NCBI GenBank assembly: GCA_040766535.1
Contig: JAXGQG010000010.1
Location: 2,491 to 66,490, forward strand
Reading direction: 5' to 3'
Length of the DNA: 64,000 nt
Origin: Dehalococcoidia bacterium
GTDB taxonomy: Bacteria; Chloroflexota; Dehalococcoidia; GIF9; AB-539-J10
Shown here piece after piece: positions 49,026 to 59,039 of the stretch. The notes under the pieces were generated by a model. The model did no database searches. It was not told the origin of the DNA and worked only from the letters and a program-made list of their open reading frames with translations. Numbering within the stretch: position 1 is the first letter of the stretch; the number at the start of each line of letters is the position of its first letter. The position numbers and the translations under genes were made by a program.

Positions 49026-49784
49026 ATGACGCTGCCGGTTTCATTTGCCAGCGACCACCTGCGCCTGGCCGGAGAGCTACACGTGCCCTCGGCGGGCACA
49101 GCCCGGCCTGCTCTCTGCATCTGTCACGGCATTCCGGCCGTCCGCTACAACCCCGAGGATAGCGGCTATCGTGATCTCGCCGCCCGCTGCGCCGCGGCCG
49201 GATTCGTCACTCTGTTGTTCTACTTCAGGGGAGCGGGGCTCAGCGACGGCGACTTCGACATGCCCGGGTGGAGCCGTGACCTGGGGGCAGCCGTCGGTTA
49301 CCTCGCCGGGGTACGCGAGGTCGACGCCTCTCGACTCTTCGTCATGGGCTTCAGCGGCGGCGCTGCTGCCTGCATTCACCGGGCAGCGCGCGACAGCCGT
49401 ATCGCCGGCGTCGTCTCCTGCGCCTCTCCCGCCGACTTCGATGAACTGGTCGGGGGAGACAGGTTGTCGAGCTGCCTCGCCCGATGGCGTGAGATCGGCA
49501 TCGTGCGCGATCCCGCGTTCCCACCCGACCCCGCAGCGTGGGTCGCCGGATTCCGCGAGGTTGCGCCTGTCGACCACGTGGGACGCCTCGCGCCTCGACC
49601 GCTCCTGCTTCTTCATGGCGATGCCGACGAGGTGGTGCCCGTTGTGCACGCCCGCCGACTGTATGACGCGGCCGGCGAGCCAAGACAACTCGCCATCGTG
49701 CCCGACGGGCTGCACCGTCTTCGGGTCGATGAGCGTGCGATGACGATAGCGCTGGACTGGCTCCGCTCGCACGCCTCAGGTTGA
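49026..49784 (+). CDS. alpha/beta hydrolase
   Basis: Nucleophile elbow GFSGGAA, a late acidic residue (HGDADEVV) and a His (GLHRL). Confidence 0.8.
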   Translation: MTLPVSFASDHLRLAGELHVPSAGTARPALCICHGIPAVRYNPEDSGYRDLAARCAAAGFVTLLFYFRGAGLSDGDFDMPGWSRDLGAAVGYLAGVREVDASRLFVMGFSGGAAACIHRAARDSRIAGVVSCASPADFDELVGGDRLSSCLARWREIGIVRDPAFPPDPAAWVAGFREVAPVDHVGRLAPRPLLLLHGDADEVVPVVHARRLYDAAGEPRQLAIVPDGLHRLRVDERAMTIALDWLRSHASG

Positions 49785-49810
49785 CGCTGCGTTCAAGGCG
49801 GTGCTACAAT
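49781..49810 (+). promoter_or_regulatory. sigma-70-type promoter of rplU-rpmA-rpmE
   Basis: TTGACG (49781..49786), 18-nt spacer, TACAAT (49805..49810). Confidence 0.7.
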
Positions 49811-49835
49811 CATGCGACGTTCTGGAGGTGCGGAG

Positions 49836-50156
49836 ATTTACGCCATAGTTGAGTCCGGAGGAAAGCAATACAGAGTCACACCAAGCCAGACGCTTGACGT
49901 GGACAAGCTTGATACGCCACAAGGCGAATCAGTGGAGTTTGACAAGGTTCTCCTCGTGTCGGATGGCGAGAATACGCTCGTTGGTTCTCCCACGGTTGCC
50001 GGCGCGAAGGTAGTCGCCACATCCAAGGGTCCGGTCAAGGGCAAGAAGGTCGTCGTCTTTCGGTACAAGAATAAGACAAGGTCCCGCAGGAAGACCGGTT
50101 TCAGGGCGCAGTATACGCGGCTGACGGTCGACCGTGTGGTCATGCCCGGAGAGTAA
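49836..50156 (+). CDS. rplU: 50S ribosomal protein L21 (probable ATT start; the ORF-track ATG at 49812 lies at the promoter)
   Basis: Reads (I/M)[13 protein letters not shown], the canonical L21 N-terminus. GGAGG at 49824..49828 lies 7 nt upstream of ATT 49836. Confidence 0.85.
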   Translation: MYAIVESGGKQYRVTPSQTLDVDKLDTPQGESVEFDKVLLVSDGENTLVGSPTVAGAKVVATSKGPVKGKKVVVFRYKNKTRSRRKTGFRAQYTRLTVDRVVMPGE

Positions 50157-50159
50157 GAA

Positions 50160-50411
50160 ATGGCACACAAGAAAGGTGGCGGCAGCACCCGGTGCGGTCG
50201 CGACAGCAAATCAAAGCGACTCGGCGTCAAGCGGTTCGGCGGCGAAGTAGTTCGCGCCGGCAACATCATCGTGCGCCAGCGCGGCACCAAGGTCAGGGCT
50301 GGTGAGAACGTCGGCGTGGGCCGTGATTTCACCCTGTTCGCCCTGGTCGACGGCTGCGTGAAGTTCGAGCCGGCCAACAAGTTTCAAAAGAAGGTCAGTG
50401 TATATCCATGA
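50160..50411 (+). CDS. rpmA: 50S ribosomal protein L27
   Basis: [24 protein letters not shown]. Confidence 0.95.
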   Translation: MAHKKGGGSTRCGRDSKSKRLGVKRFGGEVVRAGNIIVRQRGTKVRAGENVGVGRDFTLFALVDGCVKFEPANKFQKKVSVYP

Positions 50412-50614
50412 AGCCAAAGATTCACCCCAAGTACTATGAGGATGCCAAGATAACCTGCCTTTGCGGCAACGTCTTCTCCTGTGGCGCCAGCAAGCCTGAG
50501 ATTCGCGTGGAGATTTGCAGCGCCTGTCATCCTTTCTACACTGGCCAGCAGAGAATCGTCGACACCATGGGGCGCGTTGAGCGCTTCAAGAAGAAGTACG
50601 GCATCCAGGACTGA
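50408..50614 (+). CDS. rpmE: 50S ribosomal protein L31 (Cys-containing form)
   Basis: [10 protein letters not shown]...[13 protein letters not shown]. The ATG overlaps the rpmA stop. Confidence 0.94.
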   Translation: MKPKIHPKYYEDAKITCLCGNVFSCGASKPEIRVEICSACHPFYTGQQRIVDTMGRVERFKKKYGIQD

Positions 50615-50636
50615 GAGTCCTTTCGTCGTCAGCACC

Positions 50637-50679
50637 GAGAGGAATGGCAGGTATGACCGCCATTCCTCTCTTTGTTTTC
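50637..50679 (+). terminator. intrinsic terminator after rpmE
   Basis: GAGAGGAATGGC aggtatgacc GCCATTCCTCTC followed by TTTGTTTTC. Confidence 0.8.
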
Positions 50680-50695
50680 TACAGGAGACGGGATC

Positions 50696-51583
50696 ATGGG
50701 TAATTCCTTCCACTACGGCGGGCAGGCCCTTATAGAGGGAGTGATGATGCGAGGTCCAAGTGACATCGCCATGGCGGTGCGCCTTCCCGACGGTCAGCTG
50801 GACACCACGCGCAAACGGGTCCCGTCTATCTACAACGGCAAGCTCCGCAAGTTGCCGATGTTCCGCGGCGTGCTGATGCTGCTGGAGACGCTCATCATAG
50901 GAACGCAGGCCCTGATGTACTCGGCCGAGAAGGCCGCCACCGGCGAAGAGGGTCAGGAGCTACCCAAGGCAGCGCTCATCGGCGCCGTCGCGCTCAGCCT
51001 CGGCTTCAGTGTCCTGCTCTTCTTCGTCGTGCCTCTGCTCATCTCCCGCAGCCTCGATGCCTTCATCGCTTCGGACCTGGCGAGCAACCTCATTGAGGGC
51101 GTGGTGCGTATGCTCATCTTCGTGGTATACGTGGCGCTGATAGGTCTCATGCCCGATGTGCGGCGTGTGTTCGCGTACCACGGCGCCGAGCACCGCGTGA
51201 TCAACGCCTACGAGGCGGGCATCCCGCTGACTCCGCACGACGTGCAAGACTACTCCACCTCACACGCGCGCTGCGGCACCAGCTTCATCTTCATCGTGCT
51301 GGTGATGTCGATTATCGTGCTTTCGTTGCTGGGCCGGCCGCCGGTGCTCATCGCCATCCTGTCGCGCGTGTTGCTGCTGCCTCTCATCGCCGCCGCGAGT
51401 TATGAAGTCATCAAGTGGTCGGCAGACAGACAGGGCAACCCGGTGGTGAAGTCTCTCACCGCTCCCGGGCTGCTGCTGCAAAAGCTGGTCACCCGCAGGC
51501 CGGATGACAGTCAGGTTGAGGCCGCCATCGCGGCACTTCAGATGGTGCTCGAAAAGCCAGAGCAAGCCGCCCAGGCTTCCTAG
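50696..51583 (+). CDS. DUF1385 family membrane protein
   Basis: YGGQALIEGVMMRG, YHGAEHRVINAYE, RCGTSF. Confidence 0.85.
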   Translation: MGNSFHYGGQALIEGVMMRGPSDIAMAVRLPDGQLDTTRKRVPSIYNGKLRKLPMFRGVLMLLETLIIGTQALMYSAEKAATGEEGQELPKAALIGAVALSLGFSVLLFFVVPLLISRSLDAFIASDLASNLIEGVVRMLIFVVYVALIGLMPDVRRVFAYHGAEHRVINAYEAGIPLTPHDVQDYSTSHARCGTSFIFIVLVMSIIVLSLLGRPPVLIAILSRVLLLPLIAAASYEVIKWSADRQGNPVVKSLTAPGLLLQKLVTRRPDDSQVEAAIAALQMVLEKPEQAAQAS

Positions 51584-51918
51584 ACCGTATCGTCGCTGTC
51601 CAGACCGCGCATCCCACCCTGTTCAGTCACGAAGCATGTGCGCGTGTTGAGGTGGCAGACCGGCCCCACCGGATCCGCGAGCACCAGGATCGTGTCGTTA
51701 TCGCAATCCTTGTAGATCGACTTCACCCGCAGGAAGTTGCCCGACGTTTCACCCTTGAGCCAGTACTTCTGTCGGCTGCGGCTGAAGAACCAGACGTTGC
51801 CACTCTCCACCGTGCGGCGCAGGGCTTCCTTGTCCATGTATCCGAGCATGAGGACCTCTTTGCTGGCGTCATCCTGTATCACCGCCGGTACGAGGCCGTT
51901 TGAATCGAGCTTGAGCAT
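51580..51918 (-). CDS. hisI: phosphoribosyl-AMP cyclohydrolase
   Basis: GLVPAVIQD, YFSRSRQKYWLKGETSGN, DCDNDTILV. Confidence 0.93.
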   Translation of the reverse strand: MLKLDSNGLVPAVIQDDASKEVLMLGYMDKEALRRTVESGNVWFFSRSRQKYWLKGETSGNFLRVKSIYKDCDNDTILVLADPVGPVCHLNTRTCFVTEQGGMRGLDSDDTV

Positions 51919-52635
51919 TCAACCTCCGTATAGTCTCAGTGCTTCGCCGAGGTCGATGGACCCGACGTAGAGTGACTTCCCCAGTATTGCGCCTGCCGCG
52001 CCCGATTCCCGCAGGCGGCGCAGGTGGTCCAGCGACGTGATTCCGCCGGCTGCGACCACCGGCGCACTGGTGCTGCGCACCAGGCGTTCAAGCGCTGCAA
52101 AATTGGGCTCCGTCATCGTGCCATCGCGCTTCACATCGGTGTACACGAAGCGCGACACGCCGGCGGCCTCCATTCTCTCACACAGGTCGGAGACCGGAAC
52201 GCTGGTGCCGACCAGCCAGCCGTGAGTGGTCACGAAGCCGTCACGAGCATCCAGGCTCACCACCACCGCTCCAGGATGAGCCTCCGCAAGCGACCGCACC
52301 AGCTCCGGATCCTCGATCGCCGCCGTGCCAAGCACCACGCGCTCCACCCCACGCGCGAAGAGTCCGTCCGCAGTCTCTTTCGTACGGATACCCCCTCCAA
52401 CCTCAAGCCTCACTCCATCGACCGCCATCATGGCGACGATAGAGTCGAGATTCATCAGCCGGCCGCCCGCCGCGCCATCCAGGTCGACTACGTGAATCAA
52501 CTCCGCTCCCTGGGCGCGCCAGCGCCGGGCCACCGCAACCGGATCGGGGTCGAACACCTCTTCCTTGCCGTAGTCTCCCTGAAACAAGCGGACACACGCA
52601 CCGTGGCGCAGGTCGATCGCGGGTATGATCTCCAT
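51919..52635 (-). CDS. hisA: ProFAR isomerase (HisA)
   Basis: MEIIPAIDLRHGACVRL, HVVDLDGA, GGGIR, TDVKRDGT. The ATG at 52635 lies downstream of the promoter at 52684..52713. Confidence 0.9.
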   Translation of the reverse strand: MEIIPAIDLRHGACVRLFQGDYGKEEVFDPDPVAVARRWRAQGAELIHVVDLDGAAGGRLMNLDSIVAMMAVDGVRLEVGGGIRTKETADGLFARGVERVVLGTAAIEDPELVRSLAEAHPGAVVVSLDARDGFVTTHGWLVGTSVPVSDLCERMEAAGVSRFVYTDVKRDGTMTEPNFAALERLVRSTSAPVVAAGGITSLDHLRRLRESGAAGAILGKSLYVGSIDLGEALRLYGG

Positions 52636-52683
52636 CGTCTCCTCGTGAACCACGAATCCCGGCAACAGACGGGCCGGTCGTCC

Positions 52684-52713
52684 ATTATAGGCGAACGCCG
52701 CCGCGGGTGTCAT
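52684..52713 (-). promoter_or_regulatory. sigma-70-type promoter of hisA-hisI
   Basis: Minus strand: ATGACA (52713..52708), 18-nt spacer, TATAAT (52689..52684). Confidence 0.65.
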
Positions 52714-52767
52714 GCCGCAGGAACAAGTGCCGGCGGGCAACGGCCAACAGAATACGGAGCGCAGTTG

Positions 52768-53442
52768 TCACGATTGCGGCGAGACCGGCGTGCTCCTCGG
52801 CGGCACAGGCTCACCGAGCAGACTCTCCAGCGTCACCGCATCCTCAATGCGGTAGGCGCCGACCCTGATGCGCCGTACTTCCTCCACCGTCGCCCCCACC
52901 CCAAGTCGTTCGCCCAGGTCATGCACGAGGCTCCGCACGTAAAACCCGGAAGACACCTCACACTCCAGAGTGAAGTTCGGGTAGTCATACGTCAGCAGAC
53001 GCAGTGAATAGGCTGTGACCTTCGAGGCGGGCATGTCCACCTCCATGCCCTGCCTGGCGAGTTCGTACGCCTTCTTGCCAGCGATCTTCTTTGCAGAGAA
53101 GGCCGGGGGAACCTGAGACAACTCACCGACGAAGCCCTTCAGCGCCTCTTCCATCTCCTCACGTGAGACAGGCCTGTCGCAGGATTTCACCACGTCGCCC
53201 GCGACGTCATATGTCGTCGTGGTCGTTCCCAGGATTGCGCGCACCTGGTATGCCTTGTCCATATGCAGAAAAGTGCTCGCTTGCTTCGTGCGTTTGCCGG
53301 TCAACAGAATCAGCAGGCCGGTAGCGAGGGGATCGAGCGTGCCGGTGTGGCCCACCTTCACCTTGAACCGTCTCTTCACCAGTGCAACGGCCTTCGCGGA
53401 GGTGATGCCCTTGGGTTTGTCGATGAGAAGAATGGAATCCAT
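52768..53442 (-). CDS. truB: tRNA pseudouridine(55) synthase TruB
   Basis: ILLIDKPKGITS, GHTGTLDPLATG, QVPPAFSAKK. Confidence 0.94.
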   Translation of the reverse strand: MDSILLIDKPKGITSAKAVALVKRRFKVKVGHTGTLDPLATGLLILLTGKRTKQASTFLHMDKAYQVRAILGTTTTTYDVAGDVVKSCDRPVSREEMEEALKGFVGELSQVPPAFSAKKIAGKKAYELARQGMEVDMPASKVTAYSLRLLTYDYPNFTLECEVSSGFYVRSLVHDLGERLGVGATVEEVRRIRVGAYRIEDAVTLESLLGEPVPPRSTPVSPQS

Positions 53443-53493
53443 GGCCGAAGTATAACCTACGGGACCCCATCAGCGTACGTCGTGTACGAGCAA

Positions 53494-54945
53494 TCAGCCA
53501 CGCCGCACGTATTGGAGACGAAGCACCCGACGCGTATCGGGCGTGATCCGCACGCGGTCGTCCACCCGCCAGCCCGCGATCCACACGATATGTTGATGAG
53601 AACAGACGATGGGAATGTGATCTCTGTCCCTGACATCGATGTGGGCGTCCACCATGAAATCCTGCAGTTTCTTCTCCCCGCACATGCCCAGCGGCTGAAA
53701 ACGGTCGCCAGGCAACCGTTTACGCACGATGAGACTGCTGCCGACACGTTCAGCATCCATGCAGGCGACATCGGGACCCCGGTCGTCACATTCGTCCACA
53801 GTGACCACGTGCGCCGTCAGGCGACCTGTGGGCAACTCCACCTCACCCGGCACCGGGAGGACGACGGGAGCGAGGACCTGCGCCTGGACCGCATCCATGG
53901 AGCCGCGCCGGAGAGCCGTCAACTCTGTGTAGCCGCGCCGCCACGAGATGCCAGAGGGGAGATCCACCTGCCGCCCCACAGAGCCCGCGGCGACGTCGCG
54001 GACAGCTTGAATGTGTTCCGCCGACACATCCCGTGCGCCCCCCGTCAGATGTGTGAGGGTGAGGACGATAAGGCGCGCCTGTACTGCCGCCGAAGCCCCG
54101 AGAAACCCGGGCAACTTGATGCGCACTTGATCGCGGTTGCACTGTGCGATTCCCTCGAAGATGCCGCGCGCCGTTTCAGCGATATGGTCGTCGTCCTGCG
54201 CGGCGGAGGACGCGAGACGCAGGAGGGCGTCGTCCACGCGGGGATTCACCTGCCGCATCTCGGGGAGCAACTTCAGTCTGACCCTGTTCCGCTGATAGGC
54301 GAGTGATGCGTTGCTGGCATCCTCCCTCGGCTCCAGGCCGAGGCTGCCGCAGTATTCGCGTGCGTCCGCCCTGGACACCTCCAGCAGCGGCCGCACCAGC
54401 CTGAGGCTCCCACCACTCCATTCCCCGTCGAGTCCCGAGGGAAAAGGAGAGACTGACTCAAGTCCGCGCAGCCCATGAACCCCTGTGCCACGAAGAATGT
54501 GAAGCAACACCGTCTCCACCGCGTCATCGCGCGTGTGGCCGGTCAGCACGCACACCGCCCCAAGTTCACGCGCGACAGTGGCGAGGAAGGAGTAGCGCGC
54601 CTCACGCGCCGCCTCCTCAAGAGAGCAACGGAGGCGCGCCCGATACGCAGACACATCGCGGGAGCCGACCGTGCACGGCAACCCGAGCAGGGCGGCCTGC
54701 GCCGCCACGAAGCGGGCGTCTTCGCACGATGCGTCGCCTCTCAGCATGTGGTCGAGATGCGCCACGTGCAGGGCGCCACGTCCCTTCCAGATCCGGTGCA
54801 ACGCGTGCAGCAAACAGAGAGAATCAGCCCCACCAGACACCGCAACCACGACCGCGCGTTCTGCCTCGTAGACGTTCGCCGCGTTGAGCGACGTATCGAC
54901 CGCCTCCTCGACCCTCTCCACGATGGAACGGCTATCTCCCCGCAT
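53494..54945 (-). CDS. tilS: tRNA(Ile)-lysidine synthetase
   Basis: PP-loop VAVSGGADSLCLL, GHTRDD, and a C-terminal TilS domain. Confidence 0.92.
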   Translation of the reverse strand: MRGDSRSIVERVEEAVDTSLNAANVYEAERAVVVAVSGGADSLCLLHALHRIWKGRGALHVAHLDHMLRGDASCEDARFVAAQAALLGLPCTVGSRDVSAYRARLRCSLEEAAREARYSFLATVARELGAVCVLTGHTRDDAVETVLLHILRGTGVHGLRGLESVSPFPSGLDGEWSGGSLRLVRPLLEVSRADAREYCGSLGLEPREDASNASLAYQRNRVRLKLLPEMRQVNPRVDDALLRLASSAAQDDDHIAETARGIFEGIAQCNRDQVRIKLPGFLGASAAVQARLIVLTLTHLTGGARDVSAEHIQAVRDVAAGSVGRQVDLPSGISWRRGYTELTALRRGSMDAVQAQVLAPVVLPVPGEVELPTGRLTAHVVTVDECDDRGPDVACMDAERVGSSLIVRKRLPGDRFQPLGMCGEKKLQDFMVDAHIDVRDRDHIPIVCSHQHIVWIAGWRVDDRVRITPDTRRVLRLQYVRRG

Positions 54946-54951
54946 GCAAGG

Positions 54952-55557
54952 CTAGACCACCTGATAGGACGTGTCGTTGAACCGGGACAGACGCGGCCCG
55001 AACTTCCCGAACTCGAGCATACTGATACACCCGGGGTCCATACGGAACTTGACGAGCATGCTCATGGGGAACTCGAGCGCCTTGAAGATGATGGACAATG
55101 TGGTGAAGTAGTGGCTCACAACCAGAACGTTCTTGGGTGCACCATCGCTCACGTATGGCGCCACCACGCTCCAGGTCCGCTGCTGCAACTCTGCAAAACT
55201 CTCTCCGCCGGGAAGCCGCTCACACCCACCCTTCCACCACGAAAGCAGCAGCTCGGTGAAGGTCTGTGGCATGTCAACAGTGCACAGGCCGTCAAGCTCG
55301 CCCACATTCACTTCCTTGAGGCCTGCGTTGGTGAGAATGGGCGCCTCATGGTACTGGCCGATTGTCTCGGCAGTCGTCACCGCACGCTGCAGGGGGCTGG
55401 AAAGGATCAGGTCGATGGGCTCACAGCGCATCACCTGGGCCAGCCGCCCTATCTGGCGCAGTCCCTTCTCACTTAACGCCGTATCGGCATTGCCGCCCTG
55501 CACGCGGAACTCCGCGTTCCAGACGGTCTCACCATGTCGCACCAGGATCAACCTCAA
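54952..55557 (-). CDS. histidine phosphatase family protein (phosphoglycerate mutase-like)
   Basis: RLILVRHGETVWN (RHG motif), LVVSH. TTG at 55557 is preceded by GAGAGGAGG. The longer ORF-track start would overlap the upstream gene. Confidence 0.8.
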   Translation of the reverse strand: MRLILVRHGETVWNAEFRVQGGNADTALSEKGLRQIGRLAQVMRCEPIDLILSSPLQRAVTTAETIGQYHEAPILTNAGLKEVNVGELDGLCTVDMPQTFTELLLSWWKGGCERLPGGESFAELQQRTWSVVAPYVSDGAPKNVLVVSHYFTTLSIIFKALEFPMSMLVKFRMDPGCISMLEFGKFGPRLSRFNDTSYQVV

Positions 55558-55585
55558 GACAAACCTCCTCTCACACGCAAGGGTA

Positions 55586-56266
55586 TCAGCGGCGGAGCTT
55601 CGTCCCGGTTGCCGCATCGTCAGGCCACTCAAACGTCAGGGCCGTTCGAATGATGCTTGCGACGGGCATCGAGAAGCCCAGCACGGTGAGCACGTGGTCA
55701 GGCCGGGCACTGCCCTCCTGGCCGATGCTGACCTCCATATCAACGAGGCATGAACCTGCATCGCCGGCTTCGGCGGACAGTGCATACACCAGCGGCCGCA
55801 GGTCGACCTCGCGCGTCTCTTCCCCACGCGCAAACACATGGACCGCCGACTCGGAGCGCAGGAACGCTTCAACCGCCGAACGAGCCCCTTCAAATCCGCC
55901 CGGGTGCACCGCGGTACAGCGGTAGCACGCCGTCCGCACAGACGCCTGCAGCGCAGGGGCACCCTCGGGCACTTCCATAGTCTCGAGCAATGTGAAACCA
56001 GACGGAAGCTCTCGCCGCACCAGCATCATCGCGGACTCAGGAGGCATCCACTTCCTCAACCAGATGTCCATCAACTCGGCATCGCTCGTGATGCCAACCG
56101 CGAGCGGCGCGGCCACAGTGATCCGGGGGTGGGGACTGAAGCCCTGTGTATACGCCACGGGGATGGAAGCGCGCCGAAAGACGCGTTCCCAGCAACGGAT
56201 GCTGTCCAGATGGGAGATGAAGCGGACAGGCGCTCCTCGCCCGAACTTAAGGCGAAGTCGCTGCAT
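55586..56266 (-). CDS. DUF2344 / radical-SAM-linked protein family
   Basis: MQRLRLKFGRGAPVRFISHLD...YTQGFSPHPRI. Family assignment is from memory (TIGR03936-like). Confidence 0.7.
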   Translation of the reverse strand: MQRLRLKFGRGAPVRFISHLDSIRCWERVFRRASIPVAYTQGFSPHPRITVAAPLAVGITSDAELMDIWLRKWMPPESAMMLVRRELPSGFTLLETMEVPEGAPALQASVRTACYRCTAVHPGGFEGARSAVEAFLRSESAVHVFARGEETREVDLRPLVYALSAEAGDAGSCLVDMEVSIGQEGSARPDHVLTVLGFSMPVASIIRTALTFEWPDDAATGTKLRR

Positions 56267-57587
56267 TGGTGTCCGTCCCGGCTTCGCTGCGTGGCGCGGC
56301 AACTGGCGCTTCCCTTGTGACCGCTACTCTCTCTATCTTGATGCCGCGCATCTCCGTCACCACCAGCTTCAAACTGCCATACTTGAGCTGTTCCCCCTGC
56401 CGTGGGATATGACCAAGGTAGCTTAGCACGAAACCGGCAACCGTTTCGTAATCGCCCATCGGCAGCCCGAGTTCGAGTTCCTCGTTGGCATCCTCGACCC
56501 GGTAGCCTCCGTCGAGTTCATAGGTGTTGGTCCCCGTTATTACGAAGTCCTCGTCCTCGTTGCCCAGTTCATCTTTTATGTCACCTACGACCTCTTCGGT
56601 CAGCAGCCCGAGCGTCACCATGCCTTCAACGCCACCGTACTCATCCACTACCAGCGCCACGTGGTGGCCTTCATCCCGCATCTCCGTCAGGAGCCGTCCC
56701 AGCGGCTGGCTCTCAGGCACAAAGTAAGCCGGCCGTATCAGCTCATCTACTACGACGTCCTCGGGAGTGCATGTCGTGGTGAGCTTCATCAGCACATCCT
56801 TGGCGGACAGGACTCCGATGACGTTATCCGTTGTCTCCCGATACACAGGGAACCGGCTGTACGGCTTGTCCGCGTAGATACTAAGAAACTCGGAGAGCTT
56901 CGTGCCCTCAATCACCCAGGCGATCTCCGTGCGGGGCACCATCACCTTACTCACCGGAGTGTTGGTGAATTCAAGCACCTTGTGCAACATCTCAGCCTGG
57001 TCTTCAGCGACCACGCCCTCGCTCTCCCCGACATCGATGGCGGAGCGCAACTCCCCGGCGCTGAGCATCATCTTCTTGTTCTCAGCATCGGTCACAAGGC
57101 GGCGGAATCCGATGCCGATACGGTCGAGCACCATCACGAACGGAAACAGGAGCAACTCGAATGCGCGTATGGGATACACATAGCTCATCGCCATGCGCTC
57201 AGCGTAGTGGACCCCGATGGTCTTCGGCAGCAATTCACCAAATATCAGCACGATGGTGGTTACGCCGACCGTCGCGATCAGGGGCCCCCATGGCAGACCA
57301 AACCAGGCGACGCACAGTATGGTGCCGATGGTGGCGGCACCGATGTTGACGAGGTTATTGCCCAGCAGGACCGTGGCAAGAAACCGCTCAGGACGGTCCA
57401 GTACGCGTTCAAGCTGCTCCGCCCCGCGCAGGCCGCTCTCATGCAGATAACGGACGCGAAGCCGGGGAACAGAGATGAATGCGGACTCGGCACTCGAGAA
57501 GAAGCCCGACAACAACACGCACAGAATGAAGGCTGGTAGAAGCCAACTGGCAGGTTCGTCCACTTGATGCGCTATCCCGATGCCCAC
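56247..57587 (-). CDS. CNNM/DUF21-CBS-CorC_HlyC family protein (hemolysin-like putative divalent cation efflux)
   Basis: N-terminal DUF21 TM domain (FFSSAESAF), a CBS pair, and a C-terminal CorC domain. Confidence 0.88.
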   Translation of the reverse strand: MGIGIAHQVDEPASWLLPAFILCVLLSGFFSSAESAFISVPRLRVRYLHESGLRGAEQLERVLDRPERFLATVLLGNNLVNIGAATIGTILCVAWFGLPWGPLIATVGVTTIVLIFGELLPKTIGVHYAERMAMSYVYPIRAFELLLFPFVMVLDRIGIGFRRLVTDAENKKMMLSAGELRSAIDVGESEGVVAEDQAEMLHKVLEFTNTPVSKVMVPRTEIAWVIEGTKLSEFLSIYADKPYSRFPVYRETTDNVIGVLSAKDVLMKLTTTCTPEDVVVDELIRPAYFVPESQPLGRLLTEMRDEGHHVALVVDEYGGVEGMVTLGLLTEEVVGDIKDELGNEDEDFVITGTNTYELDGGYRVEDANEELELGLPMGDYETVAGFVLSYLGHIPRQGEQLKYGSLKLVVTEMRGIKIERVAVTREAPVAAPRSEAGTDTNAATSP

Positions 57588-57728
57588 TCACCGACACATA
57601 CAGCCCTTCGAAACACCCACCCATCCGGGCATCATACGTATCGCAGCGGTATCGTACCATCGGCGCTATATCATGTCAAAGCACTATACCCGCTCCATAC
57701 ACGCGGGAAGTGTCGACCCTGCCCAACG

Positions 57729-57757
57729 TTGCGTACGTGAACTGACAATCGTATACT
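57729..57757 (+). promoter_or_regulatory. candidate promoter of the COG1900 operon
   Basis: TTGCGT (57729..57734), 17-nt spacer, TATACT (57752..57757), about 70 nt upstream of ATG 57828. Confidence 0.5.
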
Positions 57758-57827
57758 GAGCGAATCCAGTAAGCGAAGACGCCTTTCTCGCTGCGCGGAT
57801 GAGCGCACCGTACTTGTGGAGAGTTGC

Positions 57828-59036
57828 ATGACCAGAACCATCACAGAGATCAACGAGAGAATCGCCAGACACGAGGCGGTCGTTATGACCGCTGAGGAGA
57901 TCATTGACTACGTCGCCCAGGAGGGATTCGAGAGAGCGGCGCGCTCCGTAGATGTGGTCACCACCGGCACCTTCGGCCCGATGTGCTCTTCCGGAGTCTT
58001 CATCAACGTGGGGCACTCCAAGCCGCGCATCAAGATGGGCGGCGGCAAGGCCTATTTGAATGACGTTCCGGCATACACCGGACTGGCGGCGGTGGACCTG
58101 TTCCTCGGCGCCGGGGCCACGCCTGATGACGATCCGAGAAACAGGATCTACCCCGGCGAATTCAGGTACGGCGGCGGCCACGTCATCGAGGATCTGGTCG
58201 CCGGCAAGGACGTCAGGCTGACCGCCACCGCCTACGGCACGGACTGCTACCCGAGGAAGAAGCTGGACACGTGGCTGCGCCTGGAGGACCTCAATAGCGC
58301 CACGCTGTTCAATATGCGCAACGCATACCAGAACTACGGCGTCGCGGTGAACCCCGGCGACCGCACGCTGTACACCTACATGGGCGTGCTCAAACCGAAC
58401 CTCGGCAACGCGAACTACTCAACCTCAGGCGCCCTGTCGCCGCTGCTGAACGATCCCGACTACAGGACGATTGGCATCGGCACCCGGGTGTTCCTTGGCG
58501 GCGGCATCGGCTACGTTGCCTGGCACGGAACCCAGCACAATCCCCATGTCCCTCGCCTGGAGAATGATGTACCCCGCGCACCTGCGGGGACGCTGTCCCT
58601 GATAGGCGATCTGAAGCAGATGAGCGCCCGGTGGCTGGTGGGCACCAGCATGCTGGGCTACGGCTCCACCTTGACAGTGGGTGTGGGTGTACCCATCCCG
58701 ATTCTGTCGGACGAGATACTGCGGCACACACTTGTCACCAACGCCGATATCGTGGCCCCTGTCGTGGACTACGCAGTGGCCCAACCGCAGCGGGAGCCGG
58801 GAACTCTGGGCGAGGTCACGTACGCCGAACTGATGAGCGGGACCATAACCATCCAGGGCAAGGAAGTTCCTACATCGTCCCTCTCCAGTCTGAGCCGCGC
58901 CAGGGAGATTGCCTCCACCCTCAAGAAGTGGATCTCGGACGGCAGCTTCCTGCTCACGGAGCCCGTGGCGCCGCTGCCCGGGCCGGACTCGGAAGTCGGA
59001 TACCATCACCTCATCGAACGGCCCGCTGGAGAATAG
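57828..59036 (+). CDS. COG1900 (DUF39) homocysteine biosynthesis protein
   Basis: About 400 aa. N-terminus MTRTITEINERIARHEAVVMTAEE and VDVVTTGTFGPMCSSG are typical of the COG1900 family. Followed by a NIL-ferredoxin gene. Confidence 0.85.
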   Translation: MTRTITEINERIARHEAVVMTAEEIIDYVAQEGFERAARSVDVVTTGTFGPMCSSGVFINVGHSKPRIKMGGGKAYLNDVPAYTGLAAVDLFLGAGATPDDDPRNRIYPGEFRYGGGHVIEDLVAGKDVRLTATAYGTDCYPRKKLDTWLRLEDLNSATLFNMRNAYQNYGVAVNPGDRTLYTYMGVLKPNLGNANYSTSGALSPLLNDPDYRTIGIGTRVFLGGGIGYVAWHGTQHNPHVPRLENDVPRAPAGTLSLIGDLKQMSARWLVGTSMLGYGSTLTVGVGVPIPILSDEILRHTLVTNADIVAPVVDYAVAQPQREPGTLGEVTYAELMSGTITIQGKEVPTSSLSSLSRAREIASTLKKWISDGSFLLTEPVAPLPGPDSEVGYHHLIERPAGE

Positions 59037-59039
59037 GCA

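Noticed and set aside
57758-57827. SAM or other riboswitch upstream of the COG1900 homocysteine genes.
   Set aside because: The predicted 5' UTR is only about 65 nt. It contains just two small hairpins and no recognisable SAM-I/II/III, SAM-SAH or similar core sequence.
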